A DNA stretch of 64,000 bases from Octopus sinensis (GCF_006345805.1 NC_043018.1:27094001-27158000); one strand, 5' to 3'; counted from the first letter of the stretch, positions 1 to 11,647 are shown. Numbers and translations: made by a program. The notes: a model not told the origin generated them from the letters alone.

Positions 1-144
1 GCGTAACTGGTATATAATTTATCGACCCCGAAAGGACGAAAGGCAAATTCGACCTCGGCGGAATTTGAACTCAGAACGTAGCGGCAGACGAAATACGGCT
101 ACGCATTTCGCCCGGCGTGCTAACGTTTCTGCCAGCTCGCCGCC
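1..144 (-). mobile_element. tRNA-derived SINE, family B (cut by window edge)
   Basis: Reverse complement starts GGCGGCGAGCTGGCAGAAACGTTAGCACGCCGGGCGAAATGC with a B-box-like GAGTTCAAATTCC; many other copies in the window. Confidence 0.85.
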
Positions 145-547
145 TTAAGAGGGTTATTTTGTCGAAGCTCTTACCTTCCTAGCGGTCGAGTCCTACTGGC
201 TCCAGTTGAGACGGGAAACTAGCCGCATTGAGATCCCTTCTACTTATATCATTCAGAGTGACGTGTCGGGAGATTAAGCTCGCGTTGTGGCCGAACGTTA
301 ATGGATGTAGGCCGAATTCACCGACTACTGCTCCACAACGGTATTTGTGCGACCACTCCGATATGAGTGCACTCATCAACAAGAAGGATTCCAGTAGATG
401 AGGAGGGCACCGAATTGTGCCATGCGCCACTATTTGGTTGCGATGCAGAACAGAGGCAGGCGAGGCGGTAATAGTCTAAGGACTAGCCGGCAGTCCAAAT
501 TTTGCGTAACCCAGAATAATTATAAAATAGGAAGCAATGTAAAATAT

Positions 548-706
548 GAGTCGCTCTGTGGTAAGTAGCATACTTACATGGTTCCGGGTTCAGTCCCACT
601 GTGTGGCACCTTGCTCAAGTGTCTTCTATAGCCTCGTGCTGACCAAAGCCTTCTAAGTGAATTTGGTAGACGGAAACTAAAAGAAGCCCGCCGTATATAT
701 ATATAT
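548..706 (+). mobile_element. tRNA-derived SINE family A, 5' half
   Basis: TGTGGTAAGTAGC...GGTTCCGGGTTCAGTCCCACTG...CCTTGCTCAAGTGTCTT; ends at the family's internal TA tract. Confidence 0.8.
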
Positions 707-742
707 AGGTGAGAAAGTTGGTGTGTGAAAGCACGTGGTTGA

Positions 743-998
743 ATATATAGAAAATAGTAAAAAGTGAAAAAACTACATAAGGTTTGTTTTAGAAGGTTAA
801 AAAATATATATTTGAGTCAATATGTCTGAAGAATGTTATAAATTTTTTTCATACAATGACATAGTTTTTGAAGAAACTATGTCATTGTATGAAAAAAATT
901 TATAACATTCTTCAGACATATTGACTCAAATATATATTTTTTAACCTTCTAAAACAAACCTTATGTAGTTTTTTCACTTTTTACTATTTTCTATATAT
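743..998. repeat. Perfect palindrome, about 125-bp arms with a 6-nt loop
   Basis: 743-867 is the reverse complement of 874-998 around loop TTGAAG (868-873); TA-rich sequence on both sides. Confidence 0.95.
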
Positions 999-1007
999 AT
1001 ATATATA

Positions 1008-2127
1008 CTAGCAGCATAGCCCGGGTATGTAAGAGCCCCTAGTAGGCAACGACTAATCCCAATCTAGTCCTTTCCCTCTAGGGAACGAAGGCGCATGTGT
1101 AGGTTGCAATGTCTTCTCTTCATTCCCAAATAACTATCAAACAGCTATCGATAATTCAACCCAACCAATTCCTAACAGGAAGAAATTACATTCGAGACTT
1201 TACCCCCACTTCTGCTAATAGCTGCTGCAGCCACAAGTTATTCGAATCCTTTTTTTTGTTTAAACTTTCTTTATAACTACCACCCCAAACATTTTACCTT
1301 AAATTTTTGACGTACCCTAAGGGTCCTCGGACGCTGCTTGCAAACTCTTGGTTTATTATAAACCGCTTTTGTCGTGTGCACCAAAAAACCTTTTCCATTC
1401 GTTTGTTCAGTTTGGTCACTTTTGACTTTTTCATTGTTGTCACTCACATTGCTGCCCGCTTTTTTGCCGTTTTTGTACATTTTTATACATTTTGGGATAC
1501 TTACCCCACGTGTTCCGAGAGTTAAAAAGGTCAGTCTGTGGTTTGTGTTTAATACACAAATTGGTTTGCTATGTGTGCCACATATGCTTTAATTAACCAA
1601 TTTTTTCCAGTAATAAACTATCCTATTGGAATAAAAAGGGCCATATAGCTCCTTGGAGCAGAAAAGATGCTCGCTGTGAATTTAAAAAAAAATTCCTGCC
1701 AATTTGTGAAAGATATTGTCGAAAATATGTCATCTTGAATTTGAACGCGATTTCCCAAAATGGCATGATTTTATCGATTTTTTCTGATGGTAAGGTATTG
1801 CATGGAAAACTAACGTCAGAATTAAGTTTCTTAGGGTAACATTAAGCTTCACCATGAGTTTGGTGAAAATCGATTGCAAGTTGCGAAAACTACAATAGAA
1901 AATGTGTTGCATATAAAAAGGTTAGATTCTCGACCCCATGTCGAATTTATCGATTTTTTTCAGAACTGGGGAAACTTTTCAAAATTTTTGCTGCATTAGT
2001 TTTGAATTATGACATTGGGCTATGTGTGTGTCAAGTTTTATCAGAATCGGCTGAAAGCCGTGGTCAGGGTGAGGGTACAACCTGACAGACACACAGACAG
2101 ACAAACTGCCATTTATATATAGAGAGA
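1008..2127 (-). mobile_element. Non-autonomous Helitron-like element
   Basis: Minus strand begins A|TC at 2127 and ends CTAG|T at 1008; ACAG microsatellite near the 5' end; GC-rich CCCGGG remnant about 10 nt from the CTAG end; no TSD. Confidence 0.6.
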
Positions 2128-2132
2128 TATAT

Positions 2133-2465
2133 ACTCTTTACTCTCTGTTACTTGTTGCGGTCATTTGACTGTGGCCATGCTGGAGCATCGCCTTTAGTCG
2201 AGCAAATTGACCCCAGGACTTATTCTTTGCAGGCCTAGAACTTATTCTATCGGTCTCTTTTGCAGAACTGCTAAGTTACAGGGACGTAAATACACCAGCA
2301 TCAGCTGTCAAGCGATGTTGGGGGGACAAACACAGAAACACAAACATATATACATATATACGATGGGCTTTTTTCAGTTTCCGTCTACCAAATCCACTCA
2401 CAAAGCTTTGGTCGGCCCGGGGCTATAGTAGAAGACACTTTCCGAAGTTATCATGCAGTGGGACT
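2133..2465 (-). mobile_element. SINE family A, 5'-truncated
   Basis: Family A tail (CTCTTTACT...GTGGCCATGCTGGAGCATCGCC) and body. Confidence 0.85.
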
Positions 2466-2545
2466 GTATATATATATATATACTTACATATAAGAAACCA
2501 AAGTGTATGTACGCTGCTATATTTTTATATATATAAAAAAATACA

Positions 2546-2958
2546 GAATCTTTTCGGTTTGAACGGCAGTTTTTAAAAATAATTTCCACGTAACTAAACA
2601 CTTTTTTAAACTTCGTATACTGGTAGAATGTGTTTATAAAACATCTTTTTCTCTTGGCTTTATTGAGAAGATTCTATAGTTTGTAAGATATTTGTTGTTT
2701 TTTTTCTTCAAACTCTGCAATTTCAACCAATCAATGACATCTATTGAGTTGAAAATATTCTGTGCTGTATGAAAATGTCAACTCGTTTAAGAAACAGATT
2801 GGGTTTATTTACATTTCTGAAGAAAAAAAGATACCCTTTCCCCACCCCTAACGCTAAAATAGATTGAAATGCAATAGATCGATACTAGGGTCATAATTAT
2901 GGGTGACAATTTCATATGACACCGCTAGAAAAAACTGCAGTTCAAATCGAAAAGATCC
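2546..2958. mobile_element. MITE with GGATCTTTTC-type TIRs and 8-bp TSD
   Basis: Ends GAATCTTTTCGGTTTGAACGGCAG and CTGCAGTTCAAATCGAAAAGATCC; AAAATACA on both sides (2538-2545, 2959-2966). Confidence 0.85.
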
Positions 2959-3100
2959 AAAATACAAAAATGGGACAAGAACGCAAAACATCCAGACAGT
3001 TAGGTGATACAAAAAAGGGACAACAAAACATCCAAACAAATGATACAAAGAAAACAAGGATGGATCATTCGGAGTTTACTATCTTCGGTCGAATTCCAGA
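2959..3100 (+). repeat. Dispersed repeat arm shared with 41512-41757
   Basis: AAAATACAAAAATGGGACAAGAACGCAAAACATCC matches both arms of the inverted repeat at 41.5 kb. Confidence 0.7.
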
Positions 3101-3102
3101 CC

Positions 3103-3250
3103 ACAGGCTTCTTTCAGTTTCCATCTACCAAATTTACTCACAAGGATTTGGTAGGCCCAAGGTTATAGTAGAAGACACTTGTTCAAGGTGTCATGCAGTG
3201 GGACTGAACCCGGAACCATGTTGTTGTGAAACAAACTGCTTACACTTGTC
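3103..3250 (-). mobile_element. SINE family A fragment
   Basis: GGCTTCTTTCAGTTTCCATCTACC...GGGACTGAACCCGGAACCATG. Confidence 0.75.
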
Positions 3251-3625
3251 AGATCAAGGTATTTTTTTTTACTCTCTCTAGTTTCAGCTCAGAGCTGTGG
3301 CCATGCTGATGCACCATCGGTATATGGAAATTAAGATTCGGGATTGAGCGGTGGACAAATACCTTTGCAATTTTCTTTCTAGCTCTGTATCTTGTGCATT
3401 TAAATTGCGTCAAGATCAACGTTGGTTCTCTTCCTTTTGGGTTTGATAAAATGAAGTACCGATCAAGAAATAATGTCAATTTAACCTACTTAACTGCTCC
3501 TCAAAAATTTATAGCTGTGTGCTTTTGTTAAAAATTATTATTAAAGGAGAAATAGAAAAGATAGCAACATGAGTATGGTAGATAGGTAGAGAGCTAGATG
3601 GGGAAGAAAGAAAGTAAAAAGAAAG

Positions 3626-3696
3626 GATAGATAGATAGACAGACAGACAGTTAGATATATATATATATAGATAGATAGACAGACAGATAGATAGAC

Positions 3697-3743
<47 letters not shown>

Positions 3744-3872
3744 TAGATAGATAGATAGATAGATAGAAAGATAGATAGACAGACAGATAGATAGATAGAC
3801 AGACAGACAGATAGATAGATAGATAGATAGATAGAAAGATAGATAGACAGACAGACAGATAGATAGACAGAC

Positions 3873-3919
<47 letters not shown>

Positions 3920-3931
3920 CAGATAGATAGA
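3626..3931. repeat. (GATA/GACA)n compound microsatellite
   Basis: Direct inspection. Confidence 0.95.
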
Positions 3932-4310
3932 ACGGGAGGAGTAGGGGAGGACGTATGAACTATGAGGACGAAGAAAACTAGAAGAATGAATACAGACAAG
4001 AAACAAAGCGATGCAAATTAATAAGAGAGAGAAAGAGAGAAGCATCGTTTTCTTTGTATCGTCTGTCTGGATGTTTTTTGTGAGTGAAAAGAAAAGCATA
4101 AAAATTTAAGAGAAGGGTGGGGAATGCCAAATGGAGTGTAAAGTTTATATAACATGATACAGAGTAACCAGACCGGAACGAGCGGGAAAAAAAGTACTAC
4201 TGCATGTGTGTGTATGTGTGTGTGAGAGACAGAGAGAGAGAAGGAGGAGGAAGAGAGAAAGAATATGAATGCGATAGAAAGAGACCATGATTGTCAGAAG
4301 CAGAGAGGAA

Positions 4311-4770
4311 AGTTAAGTTGAGTTAATTTTTTGGCTCAAAAAGCATAAAGCAAGGCCATGTAGGGGGACATGGAGTTATGTACAGGGAGGGTGTTCATGC
4401 AAAGAGTTCAGGCCATTTCTGGTCAAGAGAGACTTTGAACCGAGCGGTCGTCGGCATCTTCACCATCTCGTCTGGCAGCTTATTCCACGGATCCGTAACC
4501 CGGACGGAGAAAGCCCCTCTCCTTCGATTGAGATGAAATCGTCGCAGATAGAGCTTTTCAAAGTGACCCCGCAGCCTACGCTCTGGAGCAGGAGTGAAGA
4601 ACAGCTCTTTCGAGAGGTTACACTTTCCGCTTATGATGTTGTGAGCAAGAATGAGATCACCACGGCATTGTCGTTTTTCTAGAGAATAAAGGTCGAGCGT
4701 CTTCAGCCTTTCTTCAAAGACAAATGCTTGAGACCAAGAACCATGCGGGTAGCCAGCTTCTGGACTCTTT
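4311..4770 (-). mobile_element. CR1-type LINE 3' end (5'-truncated)
   Basis: Close copy of 18405-18935; (TTAAC)n tail on minus strand; encodes the RT C-terminal region. Confidence 0.85.
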
Positions 4771-5371
4771 CATATATATTGCAACAATTAGACGAGAACA
4801 AAGTAACAGCGGAAATTATGAAATTGTCAAGAAAGGAAGCTAAATAAATGAACGAATCTTATCTTGCATTTACCTGTTTCGGTTATTGGACTGTGGCCAT
4901 GCTGGGGCACCACCTTCAAGGATAAAGAAGGCTGTGAAACAGCTGTAAGACTATGAAAGTCACGTGCTTAAATAAACATATTAAACCATCTGATTTCATG
5001 CTTTGGATATGTCGTACATACATACATATACACACATGCATATATGTATATAACATACTTTTTATACCTACGTCACATCAAGAATCCCGCCCCTGAGTCC
5101 GACCTCTGGTTATAAACTGGATTTGGTTTATACAACTCTATTGTATAATGTTGAGCATACATCATCATCATCATCATTATCAGCCAGTGTTTTAAATCCA
5201 GGTTTTGTCCCCTTTAAGCGGGATAGCTGGATCTACCTCAATTTTCTACTGTATTCAATCAACTCTTAATGTCTTCAATGTGGCTTTTTTTTTCACTGTT
5301 ATTTCTGTTATCATATCTAGCCACTTCTGGTATCATATAAGTTGACGTGCCCTGATTCTTAGGAATATTCA

Positions 5372-5539
5372 CAGGGGTGGACCCAAGGGAAGGGGGGGGG
5401 GGTGATGGGCACGTGTCCTCCCCCTCCTCTCCTTCAAAAAATAGGTGCACCCTTCTAAATAATGAAATATTTTATCCAGAAATTGTATTCCCTTCTGATC
5501 TTGTGCCCTCCCTTTGAAAAATTTCTGGAATCACACCTG
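5372..5539. mobile_element. Decayed hAT-like MITE
   Basis: Starts CAGGGGTGGACCCA, ends TTTCTGGAATCACACCTG; no clean TSD. Confidence 0.45.
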
Positions 5540-5619
5540 ACCTATAACAAAATTATATAATGCATCTATATATACATATATACAAGCACACACATACACA
5601 TGTCGATATATCATCATAA

Positions 5620-5880
5620 TCATCATTTAATGTCTGTTTTCCATGCTGGCATGGGTTGGATGGTTTGACAGGAGTTAACCAGACAGAAAACTGCACCAGG
5701 TTTCACTGTCTGTTTTGGCATCGTCTTAACAGCTGGGTGCCCTTCCTAACATTAACCACCTTACAGAGCAGATTGAGTGCTCTTTTTTGTGGCACCAGCA
5801 AGGCCTGTTTAGACATGGTTTTTACAGCTGGATGCCCTTCCAGACATGACCCACTTTACAGCATGGACTGGATGCACCAT
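5620..5880 (-). mobile_element. RTE LINE 3' tail copy (decayed)
   Basis: CATCATTTAATGTCTGTTTTCCATGCTGGCATGGGTTGGATGG matches the reverse of 17780-17843. Confidence 0.7.
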
Positions 5881-6037
5881 CATTGGTGGGGGTCACCTAG
5901 CAACTTACAAGACATATGTGTGTGCGTGTATGTATATATATATGTTTCAAATGTACAAAAAACAAAAGACAGAGATAGGTGAGGGAACAACCAATAAGCA
6001 GGTGTATTAGTTTGATACTTGGGAAGAAAGGAAAAAT

Positions 6038-6073
6038 CTTTGATATTTTGAGCCTATGCTCTTTGTTAGAAAG
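6038..6073 (-). ncRNA. Decayed minimal type-I hammerhead-like motif (short family)
   Basis: Minus: cttt-CTAACAAA-GAGC(ATAG)GCTC-AAAAT-ATC-aaag; stems I and II pair, core changes are G>A. Confidence 0.4.
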
Positions 6074-6645
6074 GGATGATGAAAAAATGGCAAAAGAGAA
6101 AAAAAAACACAGAGAATAAAACGTGTTGGGATTAATGCTTCCACATGTTGAAATATATATATATATATATATATTGCACTGTGATGGTTTTGTTAAGCAG
6201 CGGTGATTTTTACAATTCTGTAAATAAAAATAATAGTATTTTATAAGCTTATAAGTGATCACTGTGCAATGACTAAAGAAAATAGTCTAATAATGGAGCA
6301 TATAAGGTCTCGACAGAAAAAAGTAGGTTTTCCTATACATGCACTTCATCCACTCTATATTAGTAGAAAACACTGATTCATTCAAGGTCACTGTAAAAGT
6401 GACATGTATTTTAAGATACTGTATTTTATTGCTTGTTAATCAATGATTGTTAAAATAAGCAATCACACGATGTTTATATACAATATGTTTACAAGTTCAA
6501 TAAAGTCCTGCAGGCGAAATAAAATGGAGATTGGATTTAGCGGCAGACCAGATTTGTGCAGCGGCCAGTAAGTTTGCCGACCAGTAGATTAAGCATAACA
6601 AGCGTAAGTATCATAAGTCAACCTAAGCTACTGTGAATAGATGCA

Positions 6646-6791
6646 GACATGGCTGTATGGTTAAGAAGATCGCTTTGCAACCACATGGTTCTGAGTTCAA
6701 TCTCACTGAACAGCACCTTGAGCAAGTATCTTTTACTATAGCCCCATGTTGATTAATACCTTGCGAGTGGATTTTGTGAGCAGAAGCTCAG

Positions 6792-6825
<34 letters not shown>

Positions 6826-7330
6826 CTCGGCTTTGTGGCTAAGGAGTTCACTTTGCAACCATGTGGATTCAGGTTCAGATCCACTGTACAGTACCTTGAG
6901 CAAGTATCTTCTTCTATATAGCCCGAGGTCAATTAATGCCTTGCAAGTGGATTTTGTAATCGGAAACTCTGACAGAGTCCATCATGTGTGTGTGTGTGAG
7001 TGTGTGTGTGTGTGGTGGGTGGATGTTTTTGTGTGCATGTGTGTGGTGGGTGGGTGTTTTGTGTGTGTGTGTGCGTGGTAGGTATTTGTGTGTGTGTGTG
7101 TGTGCGTGGTGGCTAGGTGTGTTTGTGTATGTGGTAGGCAGGTGTGTTGGTGTGTGTGTGTGAGTGGTGGGTAAGTGTGTTTGTGTGTGTTTATGTGTGT
7201 ATTTGCATGCATGTGTGTGTGTGTGTGTGTGTGTGTTCCCTCCTGACTCATGACAACTGGTGTTAGTTTGTTTATGTCCCTGTAATCTAGCAGCTCAGCA
7301 ATATAGACTGATAGAATAAGCACCAGATAT
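6646..7330 (+). mobile_element. Two decayed SINE-A heads with an expanded (GT)n tract and SINE-A tail
   Basis: GGCTGTATGGTTAAGAAG...CCTTGAGCAAGTATCTT occurs twice, then a cryptic GT repeat, then tail sequence. Confidence 0.65.
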
Positions 7331-7626
7331 TAAACGAAAAAGTATTGGGGAAGATCACTGGGGTTGGTCTGTTTAACAAAAGTCCTTCAAGGTAGTGCCC
7401 CAGCATCGCCGCAGTCCAATGACCTGGGGCTGATCTGTTTGATTAAAATCCTTCAAAGCAGTGCCCCAGCATGACCACAATTCTGTGACTAAAACAGATA
7501 TAAATTGTCACAATTAACATTTAAAATCCAGAAACTGAGCTAAATTAATGCATTTTGCTGATTTGAAAAGCAACAAGCAAGAAGACCACAAATTTCTCTT
7601 GGTTCGGAAGGAAACTGAATATTTAA

Positions 7627-7848
7627 CCCTTTTGTTACCATATTTCTGTTGAGATGCTCTGTGTTTCTTTCAATTAATTCTAAATATAACAAAGAATTTA
7701 GTAAAATAACTTATTTATCATTAAGCTGGTGTTAGGAACATAAATTGTGACTAAGGTTTGATGGAAGATTTTAATTCAAAACTTATGAAAACAAGTTATT
7801 TGTACTACAGATCCACAGGTGGTTTCAGCCGGGTTGGTATCGAAAGGG
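7627..7848. mobile_element. piggyBac-like MITE (TTAA TSD, CCC...GGG termini)
   Basis: TTAA|CCCTTTTGTTACC ... GGTATCGAAAGGG|TTAA; related copies at 44840, 49553 and 57375. Confidence 0.8.
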
Positions 7849-7995
7849 TTAATCTCTTATTTCCCATTTGATAGAGATTATTTGTAATTATTTTGTCGAC
7901 AATGAGGGATCAAGAAGTCAGAAGTTTATTATGACTAGGTTGAGATTAAAGGTTATTAGTTTTAATCCAATCCTACACACATGCATACATTTCAA

Positions 7996-8225
7996 GGCGG
8001 TGAGCTGGCAGAAACATTAGCGCGCTGGGCGAAATGCATAGCGGTATTTCGTCTGTCATTACGTTCTGAGTTCATATTTCGCCGAGGTCGACTTTGCCTT
8101 TCATCCTTTCAGGGTCAATAAATTAAGTACCAGTTACGCACTGGGGTCGATGTAATCAACTTAATCCCTTTGTCTGTCCTTGTTTGTCCCCTCTCTGTTT
8201 AGCCTCTTGTGGGTAGTAAAGAAAC
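7996..8225 (+). mobile_element. SINE family B, full length
   Basis: GGCGGTGAGCTGGCAGAAAC through GTGGGTAGTAAAGAAA. Confidence 0.9.
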
Positions 8226-8301
8226 ATGTATAAATGCATACATGTGCACAAGAATAAACATATACTTATATACATATGTCAATGCATGCATATATATATA
8301 C

Positions 8302-8374
<73 letters not shown>

Positions 8375-8577
8375 GATGCGATGGGTATATTGTTGCCATT
8401 TTATATTTTTAATTTTGTGCATGTGTATGGTTTGTTTCTGATTTTGTCGACTACACAGTATAGTAGGGTCAGTAGGGTATCATCTGTGAGAACAACAGCA
8501 CCATGGTGCAGTTCACCCTGCCAGAAATGTGGAAATGACAGGCTGTACTGCTTGGCATTTGCGCTGGAAGTTTCAAT

Positions 8578-9112
8578 ATGAACATTTCAGAGTGCTTGGG
8601 TGTCAATCTGAGGATAGTGCAAGTACTGAGAGAGATAAAAATCAGGCATCCAGTCAACATCATGGTGTTTGGAGTGAGCACTAGTGATGGTGACATTATG
8701 CCTCCCTTCATCTTCCCACATATCCTCAGACTCAACAAGGAAGCCTACATCAAGTACCTGGAGGAGGTAGTGCTGCTCTGGGTGAGGGGAGTGGCTGCTG
8801 GAAGACCCTGTGTCTGGCAACAGGACTCTGCACCATGCCACACAAGCAGGAGAACCCAGTCGTGGCTGTCAGACAATATCTGCAATCACATCATCCATAA
8901 CATCTGGCCTCCTAATTCCCCAGACTTATTATGTGTGGGGCGCAGTTGAGCAAGAGAGCAACAAAACTCCTTGTATCATCAAAGATGAACTGAAGCCAAA
9001 GATTATGACAGCATTCATCAACTTAAACAAGGAGACCATCCAGAAGAGTTGCAGGAGGTTACAAAGTAATCTGGAGACCGTGGTTGAAGCCAATGGAAAT
9101 TTCATTGAATAA
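8578..9112 (+). pseudogene. Tc1/mariner DDE transposase fragment, frameshifted
   Basis: HPVNIMVFG...WQQDSAPCHTS...WPPNSPD, then after a frameshift YYVWGAVE...VVEANGNFIE. Confidence 0.9.
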
Positions 9113-9171
9113 ATTTATTGTTCAGGATTTCAAAATATTTTAATGTAATTTTGGTAAATATATCTGTTAAA

Positions 9172-9447
9172 GTGTGGAGGCGCACTGGCCCAGTGGTTAG
9201 GGCAGCGGACTTGCGGTTGTAGGATCACGGTTTCAATTCCCAGACCGGGCGTTGTGAGTGTTTATTGAGTGAAAACACCTAAAGCTCCACGAGGCTCCTG
9301 TAGGAGCTAGTGGCGATCCCTGCTATACTCTTTTGCTGCAACTTTCTCTCACTCTTTCTTCTGTTGGCCTGCTCACTTATCCAGTGGGGTGGTGTAATTT
9401 GAAGGCTAAAACAATGCAAAGCGCATTGTGACCAACGATGTGTAGCA
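9172..9447 (+). mobile_element. tRNA-derived SINE family C nested in the mariner element
   Basis: GTGGAGGCGCACTGGCCCAGTGGTTAGGGCAGCGGAC...GGTTTCAATTCC; other copies at 32011 and 50795. Confidence 0.85.
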
Positions 9448-9609
9448 TGTGATGTCAGTGTTATTTTCATTTTTGAGTAATTTAGATGACAATATATTCA
9501 CCGCACCCTGTACATATATATAAAATGCATTGATTCATGCTTGTATGAATACTTGTATGCATACATATGTGCATGGATGCAAGGATGCATAATGCACAGG
9601 CACATACAT

Positions 9610-9619
9610 ACACACACAC

Positions 9620-9676
<57 letters not shown>

Positions 9677-9677
9677 T

Positions 9678-9708
<31 letters not shown>

Positions 9709-9857
9709 ATAATATATATATATAGTATAATATATATATATATAAATATATAATATATGTATATATATATTATATATATATATATGTATATAAATATATA
9801 TATATATAGATATATATATATATATATATAATATAATATATATATATATATATATAT

Positions 9858-9907
<50 letters not shown>

Positions 9908-9955
9908 TATATATATATTTAATATATATATATATATATAATAAATATATATAAA

Positions 9956-9992
<37 letters not shown>
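9610..9992. repeat. Long interrupted (TA)n
   Basis: Direct inspection. Confidence 0.95.
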
Positions 9993-10725
9993 TACAAAAT
10001 TAGAAAATGGAGAAACATACTTAAATCAATAAAACATCAACTATCAGATGATACCCAATCAATACTTTATTACACCATTACATATCAGTAAAGGCATTAT
10101 AAAAAATATACAGTAAATGTAAATAGACAAGGAAATATAAGTACAAAATTTCAAATATAATATGTAATTAAATCATATCTGACAGCTGTTTCGGCAGCAA
10201 GGGCAGTCATACCTCATTTAACCTATAAGCCATAAAGGCAGGTATAAATGAGGCATTAACAAGGATGCCCCACGGCCTCTTCAGAGAATTAAATTTGTTA
10301 TAATTGTGAAAAAATTATTTTTCCATATACATATAAATATAAAAATGTAAAATATAAAAACTTATGCATAACTTCATAATGCTACACATATATAATATAA
10401 TACTCATTGGTACAATAATGCAAGGTAAACAAAACAAAATAAAACAAAATATATATCAGTGTATACATTAATATTAATAAGCACAGTTATTATACATATT
10501 TGGCTAATAGTTTAAAAAAACTAACACATAGGGAGATGAAAAATAATAATTAAAACCATGGTTCAGTCATAAAATTATAAAGCTATAAAAGTCAATAAAA
10601 ATTACTATTAATATTAATAATAATAATAATAATAATAATAGATACAGTTATGTTTGCACCAAGTCCATCCTATCAAGATCGAAATAACTATGAGTTTAGA
10701 AATTTTTGACCACTAGGTAATGATT
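9993..10725 (-). mobile_element. Penelope-like pLTR / retrozyme-like fragment carrying a hammerhead
   Basis: HHR motif at 10178-10287 followed on the minus strand by AATAAA (10066-10071); bounded by (TA)n tracts. The class assignment is an inference. Confidence 0.5.
10178..10287 (-). ncRNA. Type-I hammerhead ribozyme motif, intact core, extended stem II
   Basis: Minus: tct-CTGAAGA-GGC[79 nt]GCC-GAAAC-AGCT-GTC^aga. All conserved core bases are present; loop III is palindromic; predicted cleavage between 10181 and 10180. Confidence 0.7.
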
Positions 10726-10752
10726 ATATATATATATATAATATATTATATA

Positions 10753-10833
<81 letters not shown>

Positions 10834-10916
10834 ATATAAATATATAATATAAATATATTTATATATATATATATATATATATGGCGGCGCCTGTACCCTT
10901 TTGTCTTATATATATA

Positions 10917-11130
10917 CAAGAAACACTGAAAAATTCCTGGCTTTAAGGGTAAAGTGAAAGGCCTGACTGAAGGCCCAGCCTTCCAACTTTTTTACAGGGC
11001 TTAGAAAAACTGAAGGACCACGGCAATAAGTGTGTGAATCTGAGAAGAGAATATTTTGAATAAAATCATAATTAACTGATCCTCTTGTATTTTCTTTTAT
11101 CCAAACCCACAAACTTTTCATCACTCCTTG
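10917..11130 (+). mobile_element. Internally deleted mariner element
   Basis: 10989-11063 reads FLQGLEKLKDHGNKCVNLRREYFE*, a mariner transposase C-terminus; degenerate TIRs CAAGAAACACTGAAAAATTCC and CAAACTTTTCATCACTCCTTG. Confidence 0.7.
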
Positions 11131-11647
11131 GTATATGCACAAATCCATACATATACATATACATACATAGTGATTGCTCCATATTCACAGATAATTGCCA
11201 TCTCTTTTTGCTTCCTTGTTGTCAATGGCAATACTGACTTTCCATCCATGACCTCTCAGATGACTATGCAGTACCACTGCAGATCTCCATAACTGTGCAT
11301 TTCCAGCTGGTTAAATCTACACATGTTGCCACTCTCTCCATGGTCATAGGAGTTTCTACAGATGGAATGACAAATACAGTCACCTTGAACAAACACCTGC
11401 ATGTCATACGATTATGATAAAAGCATGCACAGCACATGCATCACACTCTGAGTCATTGTGATCAGTACCTGGTGACAGGCCAAAGTGAAATGACAGGTAA
11501 TAACATGAAAATGTTGGTTTTACATCAGAGGGTCCTTCTCCCAGAAGACTGCTGTGACAACAGCTAGGAGTACTTCACTCTCTGTGGTTTTAATAGGATG
11601 GATGTTGACTCCCTTGATTTCATCTGCCCTTTGATGGGATTTCTTTT

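Larger units (their letters stand above)
8372..9510 (+). mobile_element. Defective Tc1/mariner transposon (maT/DD37D-like) interrupted by a SINE
   Basis: TA|CAGGATGCGATGGGTATATTGT and ACAATATATTCACCGCACCCTG|TA form imperfect TIRs with TA TSD; transposase remnant inside. Confidence 0.85.

Noticed and set aside
9610-9992. Irregular AA/TT interruptions in long (TA)n tracts as a possible code or pattern
   Set aside because: Consistent with slippage or consensus error in long dinucleotide runs; no periodicity seen.
11160-11520. Unique sequence with coding-like composition
   Set aside because: Stops in all frames examined and no recognisable motif; probably an old decayed element.
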